Part shown: positions 18,069 to 26,730 of the stretch, piece after piece | Position numbering within the stretch: position 1 is the first letter of the stretch | How the letters are laid out: each line of letters opens with the position of its first letter | Source: Candidatus Shapirobacteria bacterium | Lineage (GTDB): Bacteria > Patescibacteriota > Microgenomatia > UM-FILTER-40-11 | DNA length: 64,000 nt | NCBI GenBank assembly: GCA_020059745.1 | Contig: JAGVBK010000002.1 | Coordinates: forward strand, 104,301-168,300 | Direction of reading: 5' to 3' | Position numbers and translations under genes: made by a program | The notes under the pieces: generated by a model | The model's input: the letters and a program-made list of their open reading frames with translations, nothing else | What the model was told of the DNA's origin: nothing | Database searches by the model: none

Positions 18069-18201
18069 AATTAATTTTGATATTTTTCAACAAAAATTTC
18101 AATTATCAAATTAAGCCATAAAAATTGACATTATAGGATATTTATGATAAATTTCTGCCCATCCGTTCATTACGGTATGCACATTCACAACAGGAGGTAC
18201 A

Positions 18202-18729
18202 ATGTACATCCGGGAGTTGCCCGCAGTTGGAGAGCTAGCAAAAGTGCAGGCTCAAATCGTCCGGTATGTTCTGCTCACGATTTTTTTCGGATCTCTCCTT
18301 TTTCTCTCTGCCGCTCTTTTCGGCTCCGACATTGTTTGGAGCTGGGATGGCTTTGATCCCTTCTTGGGAGAAAGAGCCATCGAGGGCCTGGCAATCTCAT
18401 TTCTTACCTCTGGGCTGGAAATGCTCAGGGGCATATTGGTTGCAGGAGAAGTAGTAAAAAGGAAATCGCCCGAGTACTACCTTTTGTGCATCCTTGAAGC
18501 AGTTGCCTATGTAGTTGATATCATTACCAACTACTTGGGCATATCTGTACGGCGAGGAGAGTCGGCCTGGGGCTGGACGAGCGACAATGCTGTCGCCACT
18601 ATAGTCAAGGCAGGACTGGCCATCGTCGTCAGCTTCATGGAAATGTTTGTGTTCTGGTTTGCTGAGGCAACGGCTGTTTGCTCGAAATCTCTACAGGCTG
18701 CTGTAGAAACAAAAAAGCAACTGTCCTAG
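18202..18729 (+). CDS. Hypothetical integral membrane protein
   Basis: 175 aa. AGGAGG lies 4 nt upstream of the ATG. There are about 4 hydrophobic helices. It is followed by a long GC-rich hairpin around 18735-18775. Confidence 0.55.
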   Translation: MYIRELPAVGELAKVQAQIVRYVLLTIFFGSLLFLSAALFGSDIVWSWDGFDPFLGERAIEGLAISFLTSGLEMLRGILVAGEVVKRKSPEYYLLCILEAVAYVVDIITNYLGISVRRGESAWGWTSDNAVATIVKAGLAIVVSFMEMFVFWFAEATAVCSKSLQAAVETKKQLS

Positions 18730-18787
18730 CCTCATACCTAAGAGAGGGGGTCTCTTGTTTTTTTTGAGGGACCCTCTCTCGCCTTGC

Positions 18788-19348
18788 TTAAATAGAAGTA
18801 ATCTCTTCTTCTTTTCTCTTGCTTAATTCCTCTACTCTTCCTGTATATTCATCGGTTATTTTTTGCAAATCGTCCTCTGCTTTAAATTTCTCGTCTTCCG
18901 AAATTTCCTTTTCTTCAAAAGCCGTTTTTATTTCTCTTATCTTGTCCTGTCTTATGTTTCTAATCGCAATTCTTGCATTTTCTGTTTTCTGACTTAAAAG
19001 TTTGACGTATTCCTGTCTTCGTTCCGAAGTTAAAGGCGGCACTGAAATTCTTATGATGTTGTTATCAATTACCGGAGTCAATCCGACATTGGCAGCCAGA
19101 ATTCCCTGCCTTATCTCTCCAATCACTGAAGCATCCCAAGGCTGGATAAGAAGTGTTTGCGGGTCTGAAGCAGTAATCATACCCAAAGCCTGAACAGTCA
19201 TTTTTTGGGTTCCGCCGTAAGCGTTTACGGAGATATTTTCAACCAAAGCCGGCACGGCCCTGCCTGTTCTTATGGCAGAAATTTCCGTTTTAAAGTGGTC
19301 AACGGTTTTCTGCATATCAGCTTTAGTGTCTGAAAAATCAACCGCCAT
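18788..19348 (-). CDS. frr: Ribosome recycling factor
   Basis: RRF-like sequence (ISAIRTGRA...LLIQPWD...PPLTSERRQEYVK...IRNIRQD). The first ATG at 19348 gives 186 aa; the longer ORF starts at a TTG. Confidence 0.9.
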   Translation of the reverse strand: MAVDFSDTKADMQKTVDHFKTEISAIRTGRAVPALVENISVNAYGGTQKMTVQALGMITASDPQTLLIQPWDASVIGEIRQGILAANVGLTPVIDNNIIRISVPPLTSERRQEYVKLLSQKTENARIAIRNIRQDKIREIKTAFEEKEISEDEKFKAEDDLQKITDEYTGRVEELSKRKEEEITSI

Positions 19349-19395
19349 AGATAGTTGAAGCGTATCACAAAAGAAGGTTTGCTTCAAGGAATTTA

Positions 19396-19854
19396 TTAGG
19401 CACCAACTTCAAACCTGGCAATTTTGCCGATTTGGATATTTTCCCTGATTTTGCCAATTGCCTCGTTAACAAGGTCTTTAACTTTTTTTGAAGGATCTCT
19501 AATATAATCCTGTTCCAAAAGCTCTTCCTTGTCCTTGGGGCTCATAGCTGCCACCTGCATAGCAAGCTCATGGGCTAAGCTTTTAAATTCATCGTTTCTG
19601 GCCACAAAATCAGTTTCCGAAAGAAGTTCAACCACGCCCACCACTTTTCCCCCGGCATGAGAGTAAACTTCAATAATTCCGGCTTTTGTTTCCCTTTCTT
19701 TTTTTTCTTCGGCAATCTCCAAGCCCTTTTGTTTTATTGCCTCGTAGGCCTTTTCTTCATCGCCTTCAAATTCTTCCAAAGCACGACGGCATTCCATTAT
19801 CCCTGCTCCGCATTTTTCTCTTAATTTTTTAATCTGTTCTGCGGTTACTTTCAT
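19396..19854 (-). CDS. tsf: Elongation factor Ts (short form)
   Basis: It has an N-terminal UBA-like KVTAEQIKKLREKCGAGIMECRRAL motif. It is only 152 aa, so it lacks much of the usual C-terminal module. Confidence 0.8.
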   Translation of the reverse strand: MKVTAEQIKKLREKCGAGIMECRRALEEFEGDEEKAYEAIKQKGLEIAEEKKERETKAGIIEVYSHAGGKVVGVVELLSETDFVARNDEFKSLAHELAMQVAAMSPKDKEELLEQDYIRDPSKKVKDLVNEAIGKIRENIQIGKIARFEVGA

Positions 19855-19862
19855 ATTTCTCC

Positions 19863-20687
19863 TTATGCTGCTTTGACAACTTCTTTAACGCTTTCTTTTT
19901 TTACTTTACTGACTTTTTTTCCCTCTTTTTCTTCTTTTTCCGGAGCTTTTTCTACTTTCTTAGTCTCTTTTTTCGGCTCTGCTTCTTTTTCGCTTTTTGT
20001 GACCTGATTTTTAATTCCCTCTTCAATGGCCTTTCTTATTGTGTCCACAATTAGCTGAAGAGATTTTGATGCGTCATCATTGGCAGGAATCACATAATCA
20101 ACATTACCCGGATCAACATTAGTATCGACAATAGCAACAGTAGTAACTCCCCTGCCTTTGGCTTCTTTTAAAGCACCGTCATCTTTTCTGGCGTCGGTAA
20201 CAAAGATTGCCTCGGGAATGCCTTTAAGACCGGAAATGCCGCCAAAACTTCTCTCCAGCTTAACAATCTCTTTGTCAATTAAAATTCTCTCCTTTTTTGT
20301 TCTGTTTTTGAATCTTTCCTCGGTTTTGCCGGCTTTTAAATCAGCCAAACGGTCAATCCTTTTTTTAATCTGGTCCCAGTTTGTAATAAGTCCGCCAACC
20401 CATCTTTCCGTGATGTATGGCATCCCTACTTTTTCCGCTGCTTCTTTAACAATATCCTGAGCTTGTCTTTTGGTGCCAACAAAAATAATTTTGCCCCCTT
20501 TCGAAGCGATTTCCCTTAACTTTTCTGCCGCCTCTTCAAGGCCTTTTTTGGTTTTTACCAAATCAAAGATATGAATACCGTCCCTGGCTGTATAAATGTA
20601 TTCCTTCATTTTTGGATGCCAACGAGTGGTCTGATGACCAAAATGACATCCGGCTTCTAAGAGTTCTTTTAGTGAAACTTCTTCCAT
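19863..20687 (-). CDS. rpsB: 30S ribosomal protein S2
   Basis: Contains LLEAGCHFGHQTTRWHPKM and IVDTNVDP motifs. It has a Lys/Glu-rich C-terminal extension. Confidence 0.9.
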   Translation of the reverse strand: MEEVSLKELLEAGCHFGHQTTRWHPKMKEYIYTARDGIHIFDLVKTKKGLEEAAEKLREIASKGGKIIFVGTKRQAQDIVKEAAEKVGMPYITERWVGGLITNWDQIKKRIDRLADLKAGKTEERFKNRTKKERILIDKEIVKLERSFGGISGLKGIPEAIFVTDARKDDGALKEAKGRGVTTVAIVDTNVDPGNVDYVIPANDDASKSLQLIVDTIRKAIEEGIKNQVTKSEKEAEPKKETKKVEKAPEKEEKEGKKVSKVKKESVKEVVKAA

Positions 20688-20762
20688 ACTTCCTTTCTTT
20701 ATTAGGACTTAGCTCCTTTATTCCTCCACTTGGTTGAAGCGTTCAAGGAGCCAAACCAAGTG
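20688..20762 (-). promoter_or_regulatory. Candidate rpsB 5' leader pseudoknot
   Basis: On the minus strand, hairpin CUUGGUU (20760-20754) pairs with AACCAAG (20735-20729). Its loop sequence GGCUCCUU (20752-20745) is complementary to the downstream AAGGAGCU (20718-20711). Confidence 0.35.
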
Positions 20763-20813
20763 TGTGTTTTTATTAATTTATAAAATTCATTTTACCAAGT
20801 TCCCGAAAGGTTT

Positions 20814-21245
20814 TCAACTTTTGTTCATTTGTAGAACTTTCAACCCGGTTTCCGGGTCATAAGCTTTACTCAAATTGGTTTCAAGCTTGGTAAAAAGTAT
20901 TTCTCCCACTCCGGAAACCCTGGCATTGACTAAATGGCCTCCAACCATTTCTCCGTTAGGGCGGCTAAAAGAAGCATGGGCGTGAACTATTAATTTTCCC
21001 TCTTCGTCGGGAAAAACATTGCCGACAATGGAAACACCTTCTAATGGCTCTTCTAACATAAAACTGGTGTATTTTTGGGTGTCAACTGAGTAATGAGCCA
21101 ATTCTGCCCGGTCAACCGCCCCAATTCCGTAAAAAAAACCGTTTTTAATACCTTCCTTTTGGCAAAACTCAAAAATCTGACCTATAATTTCCTCCCTTCT
21201 GGTAAGATATATGACATACTTTTTTCCGTCACTATGATATTTCAT
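20814..21245 (-). CDS. PPC/DUF296-domain protein
   Basis: 143 aa. The pattern GAVDRAEL...SIVGNVF...LIVHAHASFS...GGHLV resembles the PPC (DUF296) fold family. Confidence 0.6.
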   Translation of the reverse strand: MKYHSDGKKYVIYLTRREEIIGQIFEFCQKEGIKNGFFYGIGAVDRAELAHYSVDTQKYTSFMLEEPLEGVSIVGNVFPDEEGKLIVHAHASFSRPNGEMVGGHLVNARVSGVGEILFTKLETNLSKAYDPETGLKVLQMNKS

Positions 21246-21299
21246 ATATATTCAAACTACCAGATTTTAAAACCAATCTCAAGGAATTAACTTACAAAA

Positions 21300-21770
21300 A
21301 TGACACCAGAAAATACGCCCCATAAGGAAAACGATCCTCTTCGGGGGAAAAGGGTTTTAATTGTTGACGATGATATCTGTAATGTTTTTTGCTTCGAAGA
21401 AACTCTAAAGCATCTAAGCAACCGCAACAACTTAAACCTGACCATTTTTACTGCCCATTCAGGAAAAGAAGCATTAAAATTACTAGAATCAGGAGAAACA
21501 ATTGACCTTCTTGTCACCGACTGCAACATGGGCGAAAAATCCGGCCCTCGGCTTATTGGCGACATTAAGGCATTGTCTTTAAAAAAAGGCTTTGAATATC
21601 TTGCCTCAATGGCAATCATTATGGCAAGTGCCAGATTTTATGCAGACAGCGCTGAAAAACAGGCGCAAGAATACGGAGCTGATACAGGTTTTGCCAAACC
21701 GGTAAATCCCAAAATAGTGTTTGAAAAAGCAAGAGAAATTTTCAGAAGCCGTCTACAGAAGGCAACTTAA
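21300..21770 (+). CDS. Response regulator, receiver domain only
   Basis: Contains KRVLIVDDD...LLVTDCNMGEKSG...AKP, a CheY-like pattern. There is no output domain. Confidence 0.75.
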   Translation: MTPENTPHKENDPLRGKRVLIVDDDICNVFCFEETLKHLSNRNNLNLTIFTAHSGKEALKLLESGETIDLLVTDCNMGEKSGPRLIGDIKALSLKKGFEYLASMAIIMASARFYADSAEKQAQEYGADTGFAKPVNPKIVFEKAREIFRSRLQKAT

Positions 21771-22506
21771 TAGTGACCCTTGTTCCCGAAGCTTCCTCGC
21801 CTAAATCTTTTCTGTTCCCTATCTCGATACTTCCTCCATGAGCTAAAACTACAGTTTTGGCAACAAAAAGACCGGTAGAAAGAACCTGAAGCCCGCCGTT
21901 TACTGTTTTGGTTGAGAACTTTAATCCAAACATGTCTTCTTTTGGCAATTTAACTCCCTCACCGTTATCAGTAATTTCCACAACAGTTTTTCCCTCTTCT
22001 TCTCTAACGCCCACTTCAACTTGAGAAGCACCTGCTTCTAAGCTGTTGGTAAAAAGACAGGCCAGAGCGTAAGAAAACTTTCTTTTGTCAGCCAAAAGCC
22101 TTTTTTCCCCCGAAAACTCAATCTTAAGCGAATCTTCCCCTTCCGGCATAAATTTCCCGGCAGCCTTGATAAGCTCATCTGTTTTCCCTCTCGAAAAGCT
22201 GTAATTATCAATCTGGCAAGCGTCATTAAGCTCTTTTAACTTTTTCATTATCCTGGTTATATCCTTGGCACTTTCAAGAGACAGCCTAAAATCTTTTTTT
22301 ACCTGATTTTCAGGAAGTTCTATCATGCCAAATTCCAGATAACCCTGAACTGTAACCATCTTGTTATTAATAAGATGAAGCAGTCCTGCTGAAAGCTGTT
22401 CTGCTGTCTCTACCGGACCGGTTGGAGAAAACCAGGCTTCGCCCTCGGGAGTAAGCTTGGGCATTTCTTTAACTAAGGTTTCTTTTCCAAATTGTTCTTC
22501 CATCAA
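21742..22506 (-). CDS. Cytoplasmic sensor histidine kinase
   Basis: 254 aa with no TM helix. It has an H-box-like LHLINNKM and HATPase_c motifs (NSLEAG, ITDNGEGV, GGLQVLSTGLFVAK, HGGSIEI). Its 3' end overlaps the convergent receiver gene by 29 nt. Confidence 0.7.
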   Translation of the reverse strand: MMEEQFGKETLVKEMPKLTPEGEAWFSPTGPVETAEQLSAGLLHLINNKMVTVQGYLEFGMIELPENQVKKDFRLSLESAKDITRIMKKLKELNDACQIDNYSFSRGKTDELIKAAGKFMPEGEDSLKIEFSGEKRLLADKRKFSYALACLFTNSLEAGASQVEVGVREEEGKTVVEITDNGEGVKLPKEDMFGLKFSTKTVNGGLQVLSTGLFVAKTVVLAHGGSIEIGNRKDLGEEASGTRVTIKLPSVDGF

Positions 22507-22522
22507 AAAAATTAAAACCTAA

Positions 22523-23389
22523 TTACAAGCATTTTTCAAGTAGATTTGCAAAAAGAGAGGCCACGGTCACTGGTCCGATGCCTCCGGGAACCGGGGTAAT
22601 AAAGCTTGCTTTTTCTTTTACTGACTCAAAATCAAGATCTCCTTTGGGCTCGCCTTTTTCAACTATCATTACCCCAAGATCAAAAGCTTTTACCCCGTTT
22701 TTTAAATAGTCACCCATTATTATCCCCGGGCTGCCGGTACAGGAAATAACCGTGTCAGCCTTTCTCAAGTCTTGTAGTTTTTCTTCTGTGCCTAGATCAA
22801 TTTCCAAAACTTCAGCCCCATTGTTTTTTAAAACCAAAGCCATCCTCTTACCCACCCAGCCCTTAGCACCAACAACAGCAAAAACCCCCTCGGTTGGCTT
22901 TATTTTATAGGTATCCATTACCTCAAGAACCGCCCTGGTTACCGCAGGCATAAACAGCGCTTTGTTTTCTTTGAGTAAGTCAAATGAGGCTGTAGTTAAA
23001 CCGTCAATGTCTTTTTTAAGAGCAATTGCGTCAAGAATCTCCTGGGTACCTTCTTTTAAACCTTCAGGTAAAGGAAGCTGAACTGTTATTCCGTCAATAA
23101 AAGCGTCTTCTGAAAACTTGGTTATTTTCTTTTTTATTTCCTCTTTTGTTTTGTTTTCTACTATCCTTTTAATTAAGACTTCTACGGAAAGCTCTTGGGC
23201 AAGCTTTTGTTTTTGTTTTACATAAAGCTCTGAAGAAGGGTTTTTGCCAACAAGAACAAAGGCAACTTTTGGCTTGCGCCGGTGCTCCGTTTGCCAGCGT
23301 TCGGATAAATCTTTAAGCTTTATTTTTTGCTCTTTAGTAAATTTTCTGCCGTCAAAAACTATCATTCTGGAATCGGAAATCTCTCGCAT
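22523..23389 (-). CDS. folD: Methylenetetrahydrofolate dehydrogenase/cyclohydrolase
   Basis: 288 aa with VLVGKNPSS..YV, a VVG....VGKRMA NAD(P) motif and TPVPGGIGPVTVA at the C-terminus. Confidence 0.9.
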   Translation of the reverse strand: MREISDSRMIVFDGRKFTKEQKIKLKDLSERWQTEHRRKPKVAFVLVGKNPSSELYVKQKQKLAQELSVEVLIKRIVENKTKEEIKKKITKFSEDAFIDGITVQLPLPEGLKEGTQEILDAIALKKDIDGLTTASFDLLKENKALFMPAVTRAVLEVMDTYKIKPTEGVFAVVGAKGWVGKRMALVLKNNGAEVLEIDLGTEEKLQDLRKADTVISCTGSPGIIMGDYLKNGVKAFDLGVMIVEKGEPKGDLDFESVKEKASFITPVPGGIGPVTVASLFANLLEKCL

Positions 23390-24585
23390 AAAGTTTCAAC
23401 TTCTTTTAAAACATTCTTTTTCCCCTTTAAAACCAAGTTAATTAAGCCGGCAATTTCTTTCATTTCTTCTTCTTTCATCCCCCTTACTGTTACTGCCGGA
23501 GTTCCCAGCCTTATCCCTGAAGGCCGAAAAGGAGGATTAGGGTCATTGGGAATAGTGTTGGCGTTTAAGATAATACCCGACTCTTCCAGCAAAACCGCTG
23601 CTTTTTTACCGTCAATCCCGATATTTCTTAAATCCAAAACCATTAAGTGGTTGTCTGTTCCTCCGGTTACCAAATCAAAATCCAAGCTTTTAAGCTCTTC
23701 TGCTAAAACAGCTGCGTTTTTAACCACCTGCCTTGCATAATCTCTAAAAGAGTTACTCCCTGCTTTTTTAAGAGCAATGGCAATCCCGGCAATACTGTGA
23801 AGGTGCGGCCCGCCCTGCAATCCCGGGAAAACCGCTTTGTTTATCTTTTCTCCTAAATCTTTATCCTTTTTTAAGCCTTTGTCAGTCACAAGAATTATGG
23901 CTCCCCTCGGACCCCTTAAGGTCTTGTGTGTGGTTGAGGTAATAATATGGGCATATGGAGCCGGTGAAGGATGAACCCCCCCCACTACCAATCCGGCAAT
24001 GTGGGAAATATCGGCCATTAAATATGCTCCAACTTCGTCAGCGATTTGGGCGAATTTCTCCCAATTTAAAGTCCTCGGAAAAGCGGTTGTTCCCACCACA
24101 ATAATCTTTGGCTTCTCTTTAAGGGCAAGTTCTCTTATTTTCTCAAAGTCAAAATATTTTTCTTTTTCCGGATCAAGGCCGTACCTTATGCTTTCAAAAT
24201 ACTTACCGGAAAAAGTAATTTTCGGGTGGCCGTGAGTCAGGTGCCCGCCGCTTGAAAGCTCAAGCCCCATAATGCCGTCGCCCGGGTTAAGCAAAGCAAA
24301 GTAAACCGCCGCATTGGCAGGAGAGCCAGAGTATGGCTGAACATTGGCAAAAGGAACCCCAAAAAGCTTTTTTGCCTCCTCTACGGCTAGGGTTTCCACC
24401 TGATCGGCAAACTCATTTCCCTGGTAATAGCGCTTGCCGGGGTAGCCCTCTGCGTATTTGTGTACTAAAAAGGAACCCAAAGCGCTTCTTACCTCGGAGT
24501 AAGTGTAGTTCTCCGAGGGAATAAGCATGAGGGTTCGGGCTTGCCGCTCCTCCTCCTTTTTAATAAGCTCAAAAACTTCTTCCAC
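23362..24585 (-). CDS. glyA: Serine hydroxymethyltransferase
   Basis: 407 aa with LIPSENY, the SHIAGLV...TSTTHKTLRGPRG PLP-lysine region and GLQGGPH. Confidence 0.95.
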   Translation of the reverse strand: MEEVFELIKKEEERQARTLMLIPSENYTYSEVRSALGSFLVHKYAEGYPGKRYYQGNEFADQVETLAVEEAKKLFGVPFANVQPYSGSPANAAVYFALLNPGDGIMGLELSSGGHLTHGHPKITFSGKYFESIRYGLDPEKEKYFDFEKIRELALKEKPKIIVVGTTAFPRTLNWEKFAQIADEVGAYLMADISHIAGLVVGGVHPSPAPYAHIITSTTHKTLRGPRGAIILVTDKGLKKDKDLGEKINKAVFPGLQGGPHLHSIAGIAIALKKAGSNSFRDYARQVVKNAAVLAEELKSLDFDLVTGGTDNHLMVLDLRNIGIDGKKAAVLLEESGIILNANTIPNDPNPPFRPSGIRLGTPAVTVRGMKEEEMKEIAGLINLVLKGKKNVLKEVETLCERFPIPE

Positions 24586-24595
24586 AGCCTCTATT

Positions 24596-25336
24596 TTACT
24601 CTCTCTCCCTACGAATTGAAACCCGAGGGTTAAGTTCTGCCTGCATTTCCCATATCAATTCCCTTTTTCCTTCAATTAACGGTCCAGTCTTCTCCCATAT
24701 TAATTCAGCTTGAGTTTCAATCGGCAGGGAGCCGTCAATCATAAAAATTCTGTCTTTAAACATGCAAGCAAAAAACAAATATCCATCTCTCACTCTTTTG
24801 TAATATTCAAGGCCATGCGAATCATAAACATTGTCTCTTTGCTCCCTTAACGCCACTCTTTGCGCTGACAACTCCGGAGAAATATCAGGGACAATAATTA
24901 AATCAGGACAAACCCCATCCAAACCTTTTTCATTCTCCTTCCAAACATTTTGCCATCCCAAATCCAAACCAAACCCCTGATAACAAAGACTGGAAAGAAC
25001 ACTGCGGTCAGAGACGACAATGGCTCCTCTTTCCAAAGCAGGCTTAATAAGGGTAGCAATTGTCTGCTCTCTTGAGGCGGCAAAAAGTTTGACCTCAACT
25101 CCGGGAAGCAGCTTTTCTCCGGTTTTTGACTGGGTAACAATCACCTCCCTTATCTGGCCGCTCTTTTCCGTTCCTCCAGGTTCTTTAGTAACTACCAGCT
25201 CTCTTCCCCGATATTCCCTTTTTATTCTTTCCCCCAAAAGCCGTGTTTGGGTTGATTTGCCGCAACCGCGGATTCCTTCCAGGGCAATATATACTCCGGG
25301 CAGACTGTTTCCAAGATAATGATTATTTCCGTTCAT
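24596..25336 (-). CDS. tmk: Thymidylate kinase
   Basis: Contains the IALEGIRGCGKSTQ P-loop and a DRSVLSS motif. Confidence 0.85.
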   Translation of the reverse strand: MNGNNHYLGNSLPGVYIALEGIRGCGKSTQTRLLGERIKREYRGRELVVTKEPGGTEKSGQIREVIVTQSKTGEKLLPGVEVKLFAASREQTIATLIKPALERGAIVVSDRSVLSSLCYQGFGLDLGWQNVWKENEKGLDGVCPDLIIVPDISPELSAQRVALREQRDNVYDSHGLEYYKRVRDGYLFFACMFKDRIFMIDGSLPIETQAELIWEKTGPLIEGKRELIWEMQAELNPRVSIRRERE

Positions 25337-25339
25337 TTT

Positions 25340-26251
25340 TTATTTCATTCCAAATATTAAATGGTCATGTGGGTAAATCTCGTCATTCGCGTGAGCCACT
25401 ATCCCATCCTTAACCGGATTACCGCAACTTCTTTTCCCCTCCAAACATTTATCTCTGGAGCACTCCGGCCCTGCAGACTCAAAAATGGAAGGAGCTTCTT
25501 TGTAAGCCAAAAGAACCATTTGAGTTGCTACCATATCAAACTCCCATTGGGCTAGAGCGCAAGTTCTCTTGGAAGCAAATTCCAAAAGGGCTCTTGGATT
25601 CATCGAAACGGTAACGTTTGTAGCCGCGGCATTCGGCAAAAACATGCGCGCATCCTCTTCGGCATGGCCTTCTTTTATTGCTTTTATGTAAAACCTTAAG
25701 TCTCCCTTTATTTTGTCGACATAGTCTCTAAAATCAGACTCTGAATACCTGAAAGACGGAGGAACAACAAAGTTAAAAAACGGTCTTTTCAGCTTTTCGG
25801 CTACCGGGTTAGTATATCTTTGGCTTTGTTGAGAATAGGAGGCGTGACGATGGCGCACTAGCTGATGACTACAGGCACGGGAAATTCCTTCAATACTAAA
25901 TGTAAAAATTCCATGCTCCGCCACTGAATAATGTCTTGACGGTATTATCCTCTCTCCTAAAAATTCCCTGCTTTGATCGGTCGTAAGATTAGGGTAAACT
26001 TCAGAGGCCGGGAAACGGCTATAACAGCTTTTTCCGGCAGCTGCCATAACATTTTCCATGTTTGGCGAACTGGCAATCAACACAACACGGCCAGTTGTGG
26101 GAACTAACTGGATTTCCCTGTTGTCAATTTCTAAAACAAGAGCTTCCTCTTCAATATTAAATCTAACCACATCCATCTGGGGATTTCTGGCTTTCACCTC
26201 CAAATTTCCGTCGGAATTAAAGGAATAAGTTCTGGGCAATTCTTTGCGCAT
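25340..26251 (-). CDS. thyX: Flavin-dependent thymidylate synthase
   Basis: Contains the ThyX signature RHRHASYSQQSQRY. Confidence 0.9.
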   Translation of the reverse strand: MRKELPRTYSFNSDGNLEVKARNPQMDVVRFNIEEEALVLEIDNREIQLVPTTGRVVLIASSPNMENVMAAAGKSCYSRFPASEVYPNLTTDQSREFLGERIIPSRHYSVAEHGIFTFSIEGISRACSHQLVRHRHASYSQQSQRYTNPVAEKLKRPFFNFVVPPSFRYSESDFRDYVDKIKGDLRFYIKAIKEGHAEEDARMFLPNAAATNVTVSMNPRALLEFASKRTCALAQWEFDMVATQMVLLAYKEAPSIFESAGPECSRDKCLEGKRSCGNPVKDGIVAHANDEIYPHDHLIFGMK

Positions 26252-26293
26252 ATTAAACTCCCTGGGCAGGGATATAAAATTAATAACTGAAGT

Positions 26294-26716
26294 TTACCTT
26301 CCAGTGCTGCCAAAACCGCCTGTCCCTCTTTCGGTTTCGGAAAGATTATCTGCCTCTTCTATCTCGGCTTGTTCGATTTTTTGCAATAAAGCCTGGCATA
26401 CTTTGTCGCCTTTTTTAAAGCTTTTTACCTCTTCCCCGTGGTTTATAAGCGCCACAATCCACTCTCCTCGATAGCCATTGTCAATTACCCCCGCCAAAAG
26501 ATCTATTCCACTTTTAACCGCCAGTCCGCTCTTGGGAGCAAACCTAATAAAATAGCCGGGGGGCAACTCAGAGGCAATACCGGTCAAAAATCCATGTCTT
26601 TCTCCTGGTTTTAAGTCATAATCCTCCAGAGTATAAACATCCATAGCCGCATCTCCAGGCAATGCATAAGCAGGAAGTATTGCTTCTTTGTTTATTTTTT
26701 TAAATCTTATTAACAT
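26294..26716 (-). CDS. dut: dUTP diphosphatase
   Basis: Contains AGVIDNGYRGE and a C-terminal RGTGGFGSTG motif. Confidence 0.9.
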   Translation of the reverse strand: MLIRFKKINKEAILPAYALPGDAAMDVYTLEDYDLKPGERHGFLTGIASELPPGYFIRFAPKSGLAVKSGIDLLAGVIDNGYRGEWIVALINHGEEVKSFKKGDKVCQALLQKIEQAEIEEADNLSETERGTGGFGSTGR

Positions 26717-26730
26717 ATTTCTCCCTTCTT

